Shown here: positions 45,318 to 54,304 of the stretch, one piece after another
Layout: every line of letters begins with the position of its first letter
How positions within the stretch are numbered: position 1 is the stretch's first letter
Assembly: GCA_964509885.1 (NCBI GenBank)
Contig: CAZDZL010000004.1
Location: 12,167 to 76,166, forward strand
Direction of reading: 5' to 3'
Source: an uncultured Opitutaceae bacterium
GTDB lineage: Bacteria; Verrucomicrobiota; Verrucomicrobiia; Opitutales; Opitutaceae
Length of the DNA: 64,000 nt
Program-made: the position numbers and the translations under genes
Notes under the pieces: model-generated
The model's database searches: none
Seen by the model: the letters and a program-made list of their open reading frames with translations, nothing else
What the model was told of the DNA's origin: nothing

Positions 45318-46787
45318 ATGAACCTGCCCTTTGACCCCAACCTGATCCGGCGCCAGCAGCAGGCCTGGTCGCGGCGCACGTTCCTCGGCAAGTCGGCCCA
45401 GGCGCTCGGGACGCTGGCGCTCGGCTCGCTCCTGAACCCGCGCCTGCTGAAGGGAATGGACGCCGCGCCGGCGCCGGGCGGCCCCTGGATGGGGACCCTG
45501 GGGTCACCCCAGTTCGCGCCGCGCGCCAAGCGCATCATCCACCTCTACATGGCGGGGGGGCCGTCCCACGTGGACCTCCTGGACTACAAGCCCGAGCTCA
45601 ACCGGATCCACGGCCAGCCCTTCCCCGCCTCGTTCACGAGCGGCCAGCAGCTGGCCCAGCTGCAGAACACCAAGCTCCTGGCCCGCGGCTCCTCGTTCGG
45701 CTTCAGCCGGTGCGGCCTGTCGGGCCAGATGATCTCGGACCTGCTGCCGTACACGCAGCAGATCGCCGACGACATCTGCATCATCCGCTCCATGCACACG
45801 GAGCAGATCAACCACGACCCGGCGCACGCCTTCATGAACTCGGGCTCGGTCGTCAAGGGGCGGCCGAGCTTCGGCTCGTGGATGCTCTACGGCCTCGGCG
45901 CCGAGGCGGACAACCTGCCCGGCTTCGTCGTCCTCATGTCGCACGGCCCGTCGGGCGGCGAGCAGCCCGTCTCGGCCCGGCAGTGGTCGGCGGGGTTCCT
46001 GCCCAGCCGCTTCCAGGGCGTGCAGTTCCAGAGCAAGGGCGTGCCGGTCCACTACGTCGGGAACCCGGACGGCGTGTGCCAGAGCACGCAGCGCCAGGTG
46101 ATCGACGAGATCGCGCGCCTCAACGGGTTCCACGAGGAGGAGACCCTGGACCCCGAGGTCCAGACGCGGATCGCGCAGTACGAGCTGGCGTTCAAGATGC
46201 AGACGAGCGTCCCCGACCTGACGAACCTGGCCGACGAGCCCCAGTCGATCCGGGACATGTACGGCGTGAAGGAGATCGGGGACGGGTCCTTCGCCTCCAA
46301 CTGCCTCGTCGCCCGCAGGCTCGCCGAGCGCGGGGTGCGCTTCATCCAGCTCTACCACCGCGGCTGGGACCAGCACGGCTACCTGGACCGCGACATCCAG
46401 GACGTCTGCAAGCGCATCGACCAGCCGACGGCCGCCCTCGTGAAGGACCTGAAGCAGCGCGGCATGCTCGACGACACCCTCATCCTCTGGGGCGGGGAGT
46501 TCGGCCGCACGCCGATGGGCCAGGGAAGCGGCCGGGACCACCACATCAACGCCTTCTCCGTGTGGATGGCCGGGGGCGGGATCCGCGGGGGCCTGACGTG
46601 GGGATCGACGGACGAGCTCGGCTACCGCTACGTGGAGGACGAGCAGGCGATGCACGTCCACGACCTGCACGCCAACATGCTCGCGGCCTTCGGGATCGAC
46701 CACGAGAAGCTGATCTACCGGTTCCAGGGGCGCGACTTCCGGCTGACGGACGTGCACGGCAGGGTGTCGAGGGGCATCTTCGCCTGA
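45318..46787 (+). CDS. DUF1501 (sulfatase-fold) protein with a TAT signal
   Basis: RRTFLGKSAQALGTLALG twin-arginine leader. GGPSHVDL and GGEFGRTP motifs typical of DUF1501. Confidence 0.9.
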   Translation: MNLPFDPNLIRRQQQAWSRRTFLGKSAQALGTLALGSLLNPRLLKGMDAAPAPGGPWMGTLGSPQFAPRAKRIIHLYMAGGPSHVDLLDYKPELNRIHGQPFPASFTSGQQLAQLQNTKLLARGSSFGFSRCGLSGQMISDLLPYTQQIADDICIIRSMHTEQINHDPAHAFMNSGSVVKGRPSFGSWMLYGLGAEADNLPGFVVLMSHGPSGGEQPVSARQWSAGFLPSRFQGVQFQSKGVPVHYVGNPDGVCQSTQRQVIDEIARLNGFHEEETLDPEVQTRIAQYELAFKMQTSVPDLTNLADEPQSIRDMYGVKEIGDGSFASNCLVARRLAERGVRFIQLYHRGWDQHGYLDRDIQDVCKRIDQPTAALVKDLKQRGMLDDTLILWGGEFGRTPMGQGSGRDHHINAFSVWMAGGGIRGGLTWGSTDELGYRYVEDEQAMHVHDLHANMLAAFGIDHEKLIYRFQGRDFRLTDVHGRVSRGIFA

Positions 46788-46801
46788 CAGACGGGACCCC
46801 C

Positions 46802-48319
46802 GTGCACGAGCTCGTCCTCTTCCTCGGCCGCTTCCACCCGGTCCTCGTCCACCTGCCGATCGGGATCCTCCTCGTCCTCGGCCTCCTCGAGGCGGCCGGC
46901 CTCGCCGCGTACTTCCCCGGGCTCAAGTGGCTGCCGGCCCTGACGCCCCGCCAGCGCACGCTGATCCTGGTCGTCGGCGCCGCCGCGGCCGTCCTCACGG
47001 CCGGCCTCGGCTGGCTCCTCGCCCACGGGGGCGACTACGACCTGGCCCTGGTGAGGAGGCACCAAGTGCTCGGGATCTGCGCGGCCGGGGCCGCGGTGCT
47101 CCTCCTCATTGTCCACAGGTGGTGGTGGCTCTACGGGCCCCTCCTGGCGGCGTCGCTCGTCCTCCTCGCCGCGGCGGCGCACGCCGGCGCCGGGATCACC
47201 CACGGCAGCGACTACCTTACGGCGCACATGCCCCGCTCCCTCGCCCGGGTGCTCGGGCTCACGCCCGCGCCGGTCCCCGTGCCGCGGGTCGTGACCCTCG
47301 ACAACGCGGTCGTCTACGGCGATCTCGTGCAGCCCCTGCTCCAGGAGCGCTGCGTCAGCTGCCACGGCCCCTCGAAGAGCAACGGCGGCCTGCGCCTCGA
47401 CGCCTGGGAACTCATCGAGAAGGGCGGCAAGCACGGCGCGGTCCTGAAGCCCGGCGACGCGGCCGCGAGCGCGCTCATAAGGAGGATCGACCTCGCCGCC
47501 GACGAGAAGGAGCACATGCCCCCCCGCGGCAAGCCGCAGCTCTCGGACGACGACCTGACACTCCTGGAGTGGTGGGTGGCCGCCGGTGCCCCGCGCGAGA
47601 GGCGGGTCGCCGAGCTGGAGCTTCCCCCCTCCGTGCAGGTGATCCTCGACGCCCGCCTGGCGCATGGCCCGGCGGACCTCCCGCCGGAGCGCGCCGCCAC
47701 CCTCGCGGCCGCGGCGCGCCTCGCGGCGGCGCTCGGCATCCTCATCCGGCCGCTGTCACCGGACGGCCCCTGGGTCGACGTGACCGCGCGGATGGCCGGC
47801 GCGAGATTCGGGGACGGGGAGCTGGCGCAGCTGGCCCCGATAGCCGCCGCGGTGCAGTGGCTGGACCTCGGGGGCACGTCGGTCACCGACGCGGGGCTCG
47901 CCGGGCTCGCGCGCATGCGCCGCCTCGAGCGCCTTCATCTCGACGGGCTCAAGGTCACGGACGACGGGCTCGCCCGGCTCTCCCCGCTCAGGCAGCTCGA
48001 GTACCTCAACCTGCGCGGGACCCTGGTCACCGACAAGGGCATGCCGGCGCTGCGCTCCCTGCCCCGCCTGCGCTCGCTCTACGTCTGGCAGACCGCCGTC
48101 ACCCCGGCCGCCGTTCAGGCGCTGGGCGACGCCCTCGTGGACAAGAGGAGGGTCGCCCGCTGGAGGCAGGGCCAGGACGACCTCGAGCGCAGGATCCGCC
48201 GCGACCGCTTTGACGGCAACACGGGCGAGGCGCTGGTCCCCGCCGAGATGAAGCCCCTCCCCGTCTCCTCTCCCGATGACAACAAGCCGGCCACGCCGGA
48301 CAAAACAAAGGCACCCTAA
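46802..48319 (+). CDS. membrane-anchored planctomycete-cytochrome-c + leucine-rich-repeat protein
   Basis: GTG 46802. N-terminal TM bundle with HPVLVHLPIG (DUF2231-like). CVSCHGPSKSNGGLRLD. C-terminal LRRs (LDLGGTSVTDAGL.. LNLRGTLVTDKGM). The upstream 364 codons of the track ORF overlap the DUF1501 gene in another frame. Confidence 0.8.
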   Translation: MHELVLFLGRFHPVLVHLPIGILLVLGLLEAAGLAAYFPGLKWLPALTPRQRTLILVVGAAAAVLTAGLGWLLAHGGDYDLALVRRHQVLGICAAGAAVLLLIVHRWWWLYGPLLAASLVLLAAAAHAGAGITHGSDYLTAHMPRSLARVLGLTPAPVPVPRVVTLDNAVVYGDLVQPLLQERCVSCHGPSKSNGGLRLDAWELIEKGGKHGAVLKPGDAAASALIRRIDLAADEKEHMPPRGKPQLSDDDLTLLEWWVAAGAPRERRVAELELPPSVQVILDARLAHGPADLPPERAATLAAAARLAAALGILIRPLSPDGPWVDVTARMAGARFGDGELAQLAPIAAAVQWLDLGGTSVTDAGLAGLARMRRLERLHLDGLKVTDDGLARLSPLRQLEYLNLRGTLVTDKGMPALRSLPRLRSLYVWQTAVTPAAVQALGDALVDKRRVARWRQGQDDLERRIRRDRFDGNTGEALVPAEMKPLPVSSPDDNKPATPDKTKAP

Positions 48320-49375
48320 ATGAACCCCATTACCCGCAGATCCTTCCTCACCCGCTGCGCCGCGCTCACAGCCGCGGCCACCGTGCCGACCTTCTTCGTC
48401 CGCGCCTCCGACAAGTCGGGGACCGGCAGCCTGGTCGTCGGCTCGGGCGAGCACACGTACGAGTGCGTCCACGACTGGCTCCTGCCCCCCGACGGCCTCG
48501 TCTGGGGCGACACCCACGGCCTCTGCCAGGACGCCGCGGGCAACATCTACGTCGCGCACACCGTCAACAAGTCGAGCATGCGCGGCGAGGCCGTCGTCGT
48601 CTACGACGCCCAGGGCAAGTTCGTGCGCGCCTTCGGCGAGGAGTTCCGGGGGGGCGCCCACGGCCTCGCCCTGCGCACCGAGGGGGGCGCCGAGCACCTC
48701 TGGCACTGCGACATCAACCGCTGCAAGGTCGTGAAGACGACGCTGGAGGGCGAGGTGCTCTGGCAGCACGGGTACCCCCGCGAGGACCCCGCGTACTCGG
48801 CCGCGCCGATCAACTTCGTCCCCACCAACGTCGCCTTCGCGCCGAACGGGGACTTCTACGTCGGCGACGGGTACGGGTCGAGCCACGTGCTGCGCTTCGG
48901 CGCCACGGGGTCCTTCCTCGGCGAGGTCGGGCGCCCCGGGCACGGCGATGGCGAGTTCGACACGCCCCACGGCCTGTGGGTCGACGCCCGCGGGCCCGAG
49001 CCCGTGCTCGTGGTCGCGGACCGCGGCAACCGCCGGATCCAGGTCTTCACGCTCGGCGGCACGTTCATCCGGACCGTCAAGGACGAGGCGCACCTGAGGA
49101 TGCCCTGCTACTTCCACGTGCGCGGCGACCTCATGGTCTGCCCCGACCTCGACAGCCAGGTGTGCCTCCTCGGCCGGGACTACAACGTCGTCGCGCAGCT
49201 CGGGGACGGGCAGGCGCTGAACGGCAAGGTCGGCTCGAGGCGCGACCAGGCCCGCCCGGCGTTCACGCCGGGCAAGTTCATCACGCCGCACGCGGCCATC
49301 TTCCTCGCGAGCGGGGACATCCTGGTCGCGGAATGGCTGCCCATCGGACGGCTGACCCTCCTGAGGAAGGTGTGA
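48320..49375 (+). CDS. TAT-secreted NHL-repeat beta-propeller protein (peptidyl-alpha-hydroxyglycine lyase-like)
   Basis: RRSFLTRCAALTAAA leader. NHL-type blades (FDTPHGLWVD.., VVADRGNRRIQVF). The ATG follows the preceding stop with no gap. Confidence 0.8.
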   Translation: MNPITRRSFLTRCAALTAAATVPTFFVRASDKSGTGSLVVGSGEHTYECVHDWLLPPDGLVWGDTHGLCQDAAGNIYVAHTVNKSSMRGEAVVVYDAQGKFVRAFGEEFRGGAHGLALRTEGGAEHLWHCDINRCKVVKTTLEGEVLWQHGYPREDPAYSAAPINFVPTNVAFAPNGDFYVGDGYGSSHVLRFGATGSFLGEVGRPGHGDGEFDTPHGLWVDARGPEPVLVVADRGNRRIQVFTLGGTFIRTVKDEAHLRMPCYFHVRGDLMVCPDLDSQVCLLGRDYNVVAQLGDGQALNGKVGSRRDQARPAFTPGKFITPHAAIFLASGDILVAEWLPIGRLTLLRKV

Positions 49376-49401
49376 CGCCGGGCCCAGCCCTAGGAGACGG
49401 A

Positions 49402-49608
49402 CTAGAGCGACTTTGACCCGCGCGTCACGCCTACCAGGCCCACGAGGGCGGCGGCGATGCCGCCGATCAGGAACCAGGCCGTCTTGTCGGTCGGGTTGCC
49501 CGTGAACGTGCGCGAGACGCTCGACGCGACGGAGTTGGAGGCATTGATGCCGTAGATGATCAGGACGATCCCTGCGACGACGAGGGCTATTGAGATGGCT
49601 TTATTCAT
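49402..49608 (-). CDS. DUF3185-like two-TM small protein
   Basis: Met at 49608. ALVVAGIVLIIYGINASNS...TGNPTDKTAWFLIGGIAAALVGLVG matches my recollection of DUF3185. Confidence 0.6.
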   Translation of the reverse strand: MNKAISIALVVAGIVLIIYGINASNSVASSVSRTFTGNPTDKTAWFLIGGIAAALVGLVGVTRGSKSL

Positions 49609-49668
49609 GTGTATTTGGGTTTTTCGGAGCATGCGCCCCACCTGTCAGTTGAATGGACCCTGCAATCC

Positions 49669-49701
49669 AAAAAAAGTGCGGCCGGCGTGAGCCGGCCGCA
49701 C
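49669..49701 (-). terminator. rho-independent terminator downstream of the BON-domain gene
   Basis: Perfect 11-bp GC-rich stem (GTGCGGCCGGC / GCCGGCCGCAC) with a 4-nt loop. On the minus strand it is followed by a run of 7 T (plus-strand A7 at 49669-49675). Confidence 0.75.
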
Positions 49702-49723
49702 CGTTGGAGTGATAACGGATGGC

Positions 49724-50464
49724 TTAGCTCTTGACCGTCATGTCATTGACGACCGACTTCACGCCGCGCGTGTCCTGGGCCAGCTTGGTGACAAGCGACT
49801 TCTCGGCGTCGGAGGACGCGACACCCGTGATGCTGACGACCGCGTTCTCGGTGACGACCTTGGTCGAGAGGGCGCTCGTCGAGCGGTGGCTCAGCAGCGC
49901 GTACTTGACCTGGCTGGTGATCGAGGCGTCGTCCATGTCGTCGCCGATCGTGGTCGAGCCGGGCTCCGGGGCCACGATGACGAGCTCGTTCCTGACCGAC
50001 TTGACGTTGTCGATTTCCTTCGCGTAGACCTCGGTGAGGTCCTTCTGGGCGCGGTTCTGGACGGTGCCCGTTAGGGTGACGATGCCGTCCCTTACGTCCA
50101 CCTTGGTGGAGGTCGCGCTGACGTTGGCCTTGACCAGCAGCTGGCCGCGGACCTTCAGGGCGATCCACTCGTCCGAGTGCTCCTTGTACTCGGACTTGAC
50201 GACGATCTCATTGTCGACGCTGACGACGCCGGGGAGGTTCTCCACGGTGTCCTCGGCGAGGGCCTTGTCGTCGCGGTCGGCGACCGTGCCCGTCAGGGTG
50301 ACGACGCCGTCGTTCGACTTGACGGTGACGTGGTCGGAAAGGACCGTCTTGTAGTTATAGGAGGATTTGGCCGCGTCCTCGATCTTGCGATCGTTTGAGG
50401 AGGCGAAGAGCGCGACCGGGAAGGTCGCGGCGAGCAGGCATGCAATACGGACGTGTGTGTTCAT
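49724..50464 (-). CDS. secreted triple BON-domain protein (OsmY-like)
   Basis: Met at 50464 with a signal peptide. Three repeats of the V.V.V.DG.VTLTG.V......K..A......V.GV..V.N.. pattern. Confidence 0.85.
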   Translation of the reverse strand: MNTHVRIACLLAATFPVALFASSNDRKIEDAAKSSYNYKTVLSDHVTVKSNDGVVTLTGTVADRDDKALAEDTVENLPGVVSVDNEIVVKSEYKEHSDEWIALKVRGQLLVKANVSATSTKVDVRDGIVTLTGTVQNRAQKDLTEVYAKEIDNVKSVRNELVIVAPEPGSTTIGDDMDDASITSQVKYALLSHRSTSALSTKVVTENAVVSITGVASSDAEKSLVTKLAQDTRGVKSVVNDMTVKS

Positions 50465-50629
50465 TTGTTTTGTTTTTGGGGAGATGGGACCCCGGCCGGA
50501 AACGCCGTACGGGAGCTTCAATACCAAAGTGTCTCTGTCAGGCGGCGCTTCCCCCGGCCCTGCGGGCGCCGCGGGCGGCTTTCTCGCACCCTTGCGGGGC
50601 GGGGGCATGGGCGGGTGTCTGATGCGTTG

Positions 50630-50716
50630 CCATGGGGGGACTCTACAGGGAACGCGCCCGCGCCGCCATGGGGTGTAGGACCGATAGTAGTTCACCCCAT
50701 GGGACTTCACCCCATT
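50630..50716. promoter_or_regulatory. cluster of CCATGGGG / CCCCATGG motifs in the BON-sigma intergenic region
   Basis: CCATGGGG at 50630 and 50666. Reverse-oriented CCCCATGG at 50695. TTCACCCCAT is repeated directly at 50691 and 50706 (15-nt spacing). Confidence 0.3.
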
Positions 50717-50753
50717 TCAGTCCGCACCCATCGCGTGTACCTTCCACCTCGCA

Positions 50754-51500
50754 ATGGTCGCTTCCAACTCACAGCTAGGCTCACCTACAAAGACAGCGCC
50801 CGGGGGAAAGGGTCCCACCAATCGCTCCATAATCTCGCGGCAGGAGGCCGAGTACGACGCCAAGCTCGTGCGCCGCTTCAACGCGGGGGACGAGGAGGCC
50901 TTCGTCGAGATCATCTCCAGGTACCGCAGCAAGATGTTCTCCATCGCGCTCTGCCACCTGCGCAACCACTCCGACGCCGAGGAGATCACCCAGGACACGT
51001 TCATACGGGCCCACCGGGGCCTGGCGCGCTTCAGGGGCGACTCCTCCCTCGCGACATGGCTGCACCGCATCGCCTTCAACCTCTCGCGCAACCGCTTCAA
51101 GTACTACTACTGCCGGCGCCGGCACGCGATGCTGTCGCTTGACTGCGCGTTCAGCGACGACAACCAGGCCACCTTCTCGGACCTCATCGCGAGCGACGCC
51201 CCCAGCCCGGCCCGCGAGGCGGCCTCCGGCGAGTTCTCGGAGCTCGTCTCCGGGTGCATGGAGAAGCTCGGGTCGCGCCAGCGCGAGATCCTCATCCTGC
51301 GCAACGGCCTGAACAAGTCCTACGGTGAGATCGCCCGCTCTCTGAAGATCAGCATCGGCACCGTGAAGAGCCGCATCGGGCGCGCCCGCGAGAAGCTTCG
51401 CCAGCTCCTCTCCGAGGCCTACCCCGACCTGCCCGCGGACGCCTCCCCCTTCGACTGGTTTGAGCCGATCCGCTCGGCCGGCCGCATCGAGGTCGCCTGA
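50754..51500 (+). CDS. ECF-type RNA polymerase sigma-70 family factor
   Basis: Region 2 (AEEITQDTFIRAHRGLARFRGDSSLATWLHRIAFN) and region 4 HTH (SYGEIARSLKISIGTVKSRIGRAREKL). Confidence 0.85.
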   Translation: MVASNSQLGSPTKTAPGGKGPTNRSIISRQEAEYDAKLVRRFNAGDEEAFVEIISRYRSKMFSIALCHLRNHSDAEEITQDTFIRAHRGLARFRGDSSLATWLHRIAFNLSRNRFKYYYCRRRHAMLSLDCAFSDDNQATFSDLIASDAPSPAREAASGEFSELVSGCMEKLGSRQREILILRNGLNKSYGEIARSLKISIGTVKSRIGRAREKLRQLLSEAYPDLPADASPFDWFEPIRSAGRIEVA

Positions 51501-51554
51501 GCCCGCCGCGGGGGCTGCGGCTACCCTCCCCGGGCAGGCGCCGGGACCGGCCGC

Positions 51555-52232
51555 TCAGACGATCGTCACCTGGACGCTGCTCTCGATGATCCCCTGCGCG
51601 ATGGCGTAGCGGGTGAGGCCCGCCGTGTCGTGGATGTTCAGCTTGTCCATCAGGTGCTGCCTGTGCTTCTCGACCGTCTTGATGCTGATCTTCAGCCCGT
51701 CGGCCACCTGCTTGTTGGCGTGGCCCTCGGCGACAAGCTGGATGACCTCCAGCTCGCGCGACGTGAGGCCCGTGGCCTTCTTGATCATCAGGCCGCCGAT
51801 CTTGTCCGGCTTCTGGTAGTGGTCGCGCAGGCGCTTTGAGACCTGCGGGCTGTAAAACGCGTTGCCCGCCATGATCTCGTGGATCGCCTTCGCCAGGATC
51901 TGGGCGGACGTCTGCTTTATGAGGAAGCCGACCGCGCCGACGGCGATCACCCTGTCGATGTAGGCGTCGTCGCTGTGCGCCGATAGGATCAGCACCTTCG
52001 TCCCAGGCTTCTTCGCCAGAATCTGGCGCGTGGCCTCGAGGCCGTTGAGCAGCGGCATCGCGATGTCCATGACGACGACGTCGGGACTCAGCGACAGGGC
52101 CATGTCCACGGCCTCGCGCCCGTTGTGGGCCTCTCCCACGACGGCGATGCCGGCGTCGGCGGCGAGGAGGGCCCTGAGCCCCTCCCTGACAATGGTGTGG
52201 TCGTCTGCGAGAAGGGTCTTGATGGTTTTCAT
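51555..52232 (-). CDS. NarL/FixJ (LuxR-type HTH) response regulator
   Basis: Receiver (LLADDHTIVREGL.. VVVMDIAMPLLNG) plus LuxR HTH (LTSRELEVIQLVAEGHANKQVADGLKISIKTVEKHR). Confidence 0.95.
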   Translation of the reverse strand: MKTIKTLLADDHTIVREGLRALLAADAGIAVVGEAHNGREAVDMALSLSPDVVVMDIAMPLLNGLEATRQILAKKPGTKVLILSAHSDDAYIDRVIAVGAVGFLIKQTSAQILAKAIHEIMAGNAFYSPQVSKRLRDHYQKPDKIGGLMIKKATGLTSRELEVIQLVAEGHANKQVADGLKISIKTVEKHRQHLMDKLNIHDTAGLTRYAIAQGIIESSVQVTIV

Positions 52233-52246
52233 AATGGATTTGGGGC

Positions 52247-53371
52247 TTACTGGCGATTGAAGGGTATAGTGGCGAAAATCGTGGTGCCGCGGCCGGGCAT
52301 GGAATCGACCTGGAAGGTGCCGCCGACCATCTCGACGCGCTCGCGCATCCCGATGAGACCAAGGCGCTTGTTCTTCCTGGAGTCGAGTACCTTCGCGACG
52401 TCGAAGGACCTGCCGTTGTCCTTGATCTCCATGACGACGGCCTGGGGCAGCTCCTTGATTTCGACGCTCACCTTGCTCGCCTTCGCATGCTGCGAGATGT
52501 TGACGAGCGCGGCCTGCGCCACTCGGTAGAGCACCGTCCGCTTGTCGTTGCTCAGCCTCTCGACGCCGGCGAAGATCTTGAAGCCGACATGCAGCCCCGT
52601 CCTCGCGGTGAACGCATTCATGTAGGCGTGCAGGGCGGGAATGAGCCCCAGGTCGTCAAGGAGGGTCGGGCGCAGGTCCCGGGCGAACTGGTGGACGATG
52701 TTGACCGACTTTTCCACGAGGCGCTGCGTGTAGCTGATGTGCTTTGAGAAGCTCTCCTTGCTGACGCCGGACTCGATCTTGAGCGACGCGAGCTGGACGT
52801 TTATCCCCGTGAGCGTCTGGACGATCTCGTCATGGAGCTCGCGGCTGATCTCCTTGCGCTCCTCCTCCTGGGCGGAGAGCACCTGGTGGGAGAGGTGCCG
52901 CAGCCGCAGCTGCATCTGGCGGGCCTCCCTGAGGAGGACCTTGTGGTGCTTCTCGCTCAGCCGGAGCGAGCTATCCGCGGACTTCCTGTGGAGCACCTCG
53001 ACCTTCAGCCGCCTGTTGGAGGCGGCCAGCTCGTTGGTCCGCCGCAGGAGCGCCAGGTTTGAGAGCCTCAGCTCGGATATGCTCTCGAGCATCGCCCTGT
53101 GGGTCTTCTCGACGGGGGTGAGCACGTCGAGGAAGAAGACGCCCGCGCGCTTGACCGTCTGCGTCCGCATGGCCGCCGTGCACCCGGGGGGCATGAGCGT
53201 GATGAGCGAACGGCCGTGGATGTCGGCGAGGTCAAGCGTCTCCAGCCCCTCTGAAACCGCCCTGCGTCCCAGCGCCGCCGCCCCTGCCGAGGGGACCCGC
53301 CAGCCTCCGCCCAGGTGCCTGCGCAGGTGCCTGTGGTAGCTCCTTGAAAGGCTGAGCAGCTTTTTCTTCAA
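52247..53371 (-). CDS. cytoplasmic sensor histidine kinase (HisKA_3) with an RsbU_N-like N-terminus and a coiled coil
   Basis: No TM helices. H-box ISRELHDEIVQTLTG. HATPase motifs (NISQHA, DNGRSF, GLIGMRER). Confidence 0.9.
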   Translation of the reverse strand: MKKKLLSLSRSYHRHLRRHLGGGWRVPSAGAAALGRRAVSEGLETLDLADIHGRSLITLMPPGCTAAMRTQTVKRAGVFFLDVLTPVEKTHRAMLESISELRLSNLALLRRTNELAASNRRLKVEVLHRKSADSSLRLSEKHHKVLLREARQMQLRLRHLSHQVLSAQEEERKEISRELHDEIVQTLTGINVQLASLKIESGVSKESFSKHISYTQRLVEKSVNIVHQFARDLRPTLLDDLGLIPALHAYMNAFTARTGLHVGFKIFAGVERLSNDKRTVLYRVAQAALVNISQHAKASKVSVEIKELPQAVVMEIKDNGRSFDVAKVLDSRKNKRLGLIGMRERVEMVGGTFQVDSMPGRGTTIFATIPFNRQ

Positions 53372-53617
53372 GATGTGGTCGGTTCCGCGGGGATTTATCC
53401 GTCACGCGTCCCTGGGCCCGGCGGCTTGCGCGCTGCCGGGACACGATCCGAACCCCAATCCTCGAAAATATCAGGGGGCGCCGACCAGGTCGATGGGGTA
53501 AAACCCCACCCCTCCCCCGTCCCACGCGGGTGAACACCCCATTCCCACCCCCCAGCACCGCTGCTATTGTGGTCTGCCCGGCGGCCAAAGTCGCTGAGCC
53601 AACATCCCTTACACACC

Positions 53618-54304
53618 TTGAACCCCACCCACACCCTCAGCGGCTCGCACCTGCGTACCTACACGGCGATCCTCCAGCACCCCGCCTCGCACAACCTCGA
53701 GTGGCGCGACGTCCGGAGCCTCTTCAACCACATCGCCGACGTCGTCGAGCAGCCGAATGGCAACCTGAGGGTGACCCGCAACGGCCAGGTCCTCGTCATG
53801 CACACGCACAGGACGAAGGACGTGGCCGAGATCGAGGAGCTGATGGAGCTGCGGCACTTCATCGAGCGCTCCGAGGCCGCGGCCCCGGCGGCCGAGGCGG
53901 GGGCCGCCCAGTGGCTCGTCGTCATCAACCACCATGAGGCCCGGATCTACCGCTCGGAGATGGCCGGCACCCTTCCCGAGCGGATCATGCCCCACGAGCC
54001 GACGGATTTCTTCAGGCACGCCCACAACTCGAAGGACTTCTCGAGGGGCAAGGAGAAGCCGGACCCCAACACCTTCTTCGAGCCGGTCGCCGAGGCCCTC
54101 GCGGGGACCGCCAGGATCCTCGTCTTCGGCACGGGCAAGGGCACGAGCAGCGAGATGGAGCAGTTCGTCTCCTGGCTGGGACAGCACCATGCCGGCACGG
54201 CCGCCCGCATCATAGGCACGCAGGTGATCGATGAGCACCACCTGAGCGAGGCCCAGCTCCTGTCAAAGGCGCGCGGGTTCCACTCGGGACTCCCCGCGAC
54301 CTAG
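53618..54304 (+). CDS. uncharacterised two-domain protein (copy 2), paralog of 7002-7700
   Basis: The track ORF starts at GTG 53567. TTG 53618 gives an N-terminus colinear with copy 1 (..LSGSHLRTY vs ..LSGAHLRSY). The same conserved blocks run throughout. Confidence 0.8.
   Translation: MNPTHTLSGSHLRTYTAILQHPASHNLEWRDVRSLFNHIADVVEQPNGNLRVTRNGQVLVMHTHRTKDVAEIEELMELRHFIERSEAAAPAAEAGAAQWLVVINHHEARIYRSEMAGTLPERIMPHEPTDFFRHAHNSKDFSRGKEKPDPNTFFEPVAEALAGTARILVFGTGKGTSSEMEQFVSWLGQHHAGTAARIIGTQVIDEHHLSEAQLLSKARGFHSGLPAT

Noticed and set aside
42191-45538. 1115-aa ORF antisense to the DUF1553 gene. Similar very long antisense or out-of-frame ORFs occur at 11274-13730, 14843-16642, 17118-18740, 27419-28876, 28941-30836, 36967-38112, 40354-41994, 45504-46757 and 47756-49291.
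   Set aside because: Their translations are Arg/Gly/Pro/Ala-rich low-complexity strings with no motifs. Each is exactly covered on the other strand or frame by a gene with strong family signatures. This is typical shadow-ORF behaviour in high-GC DNA.
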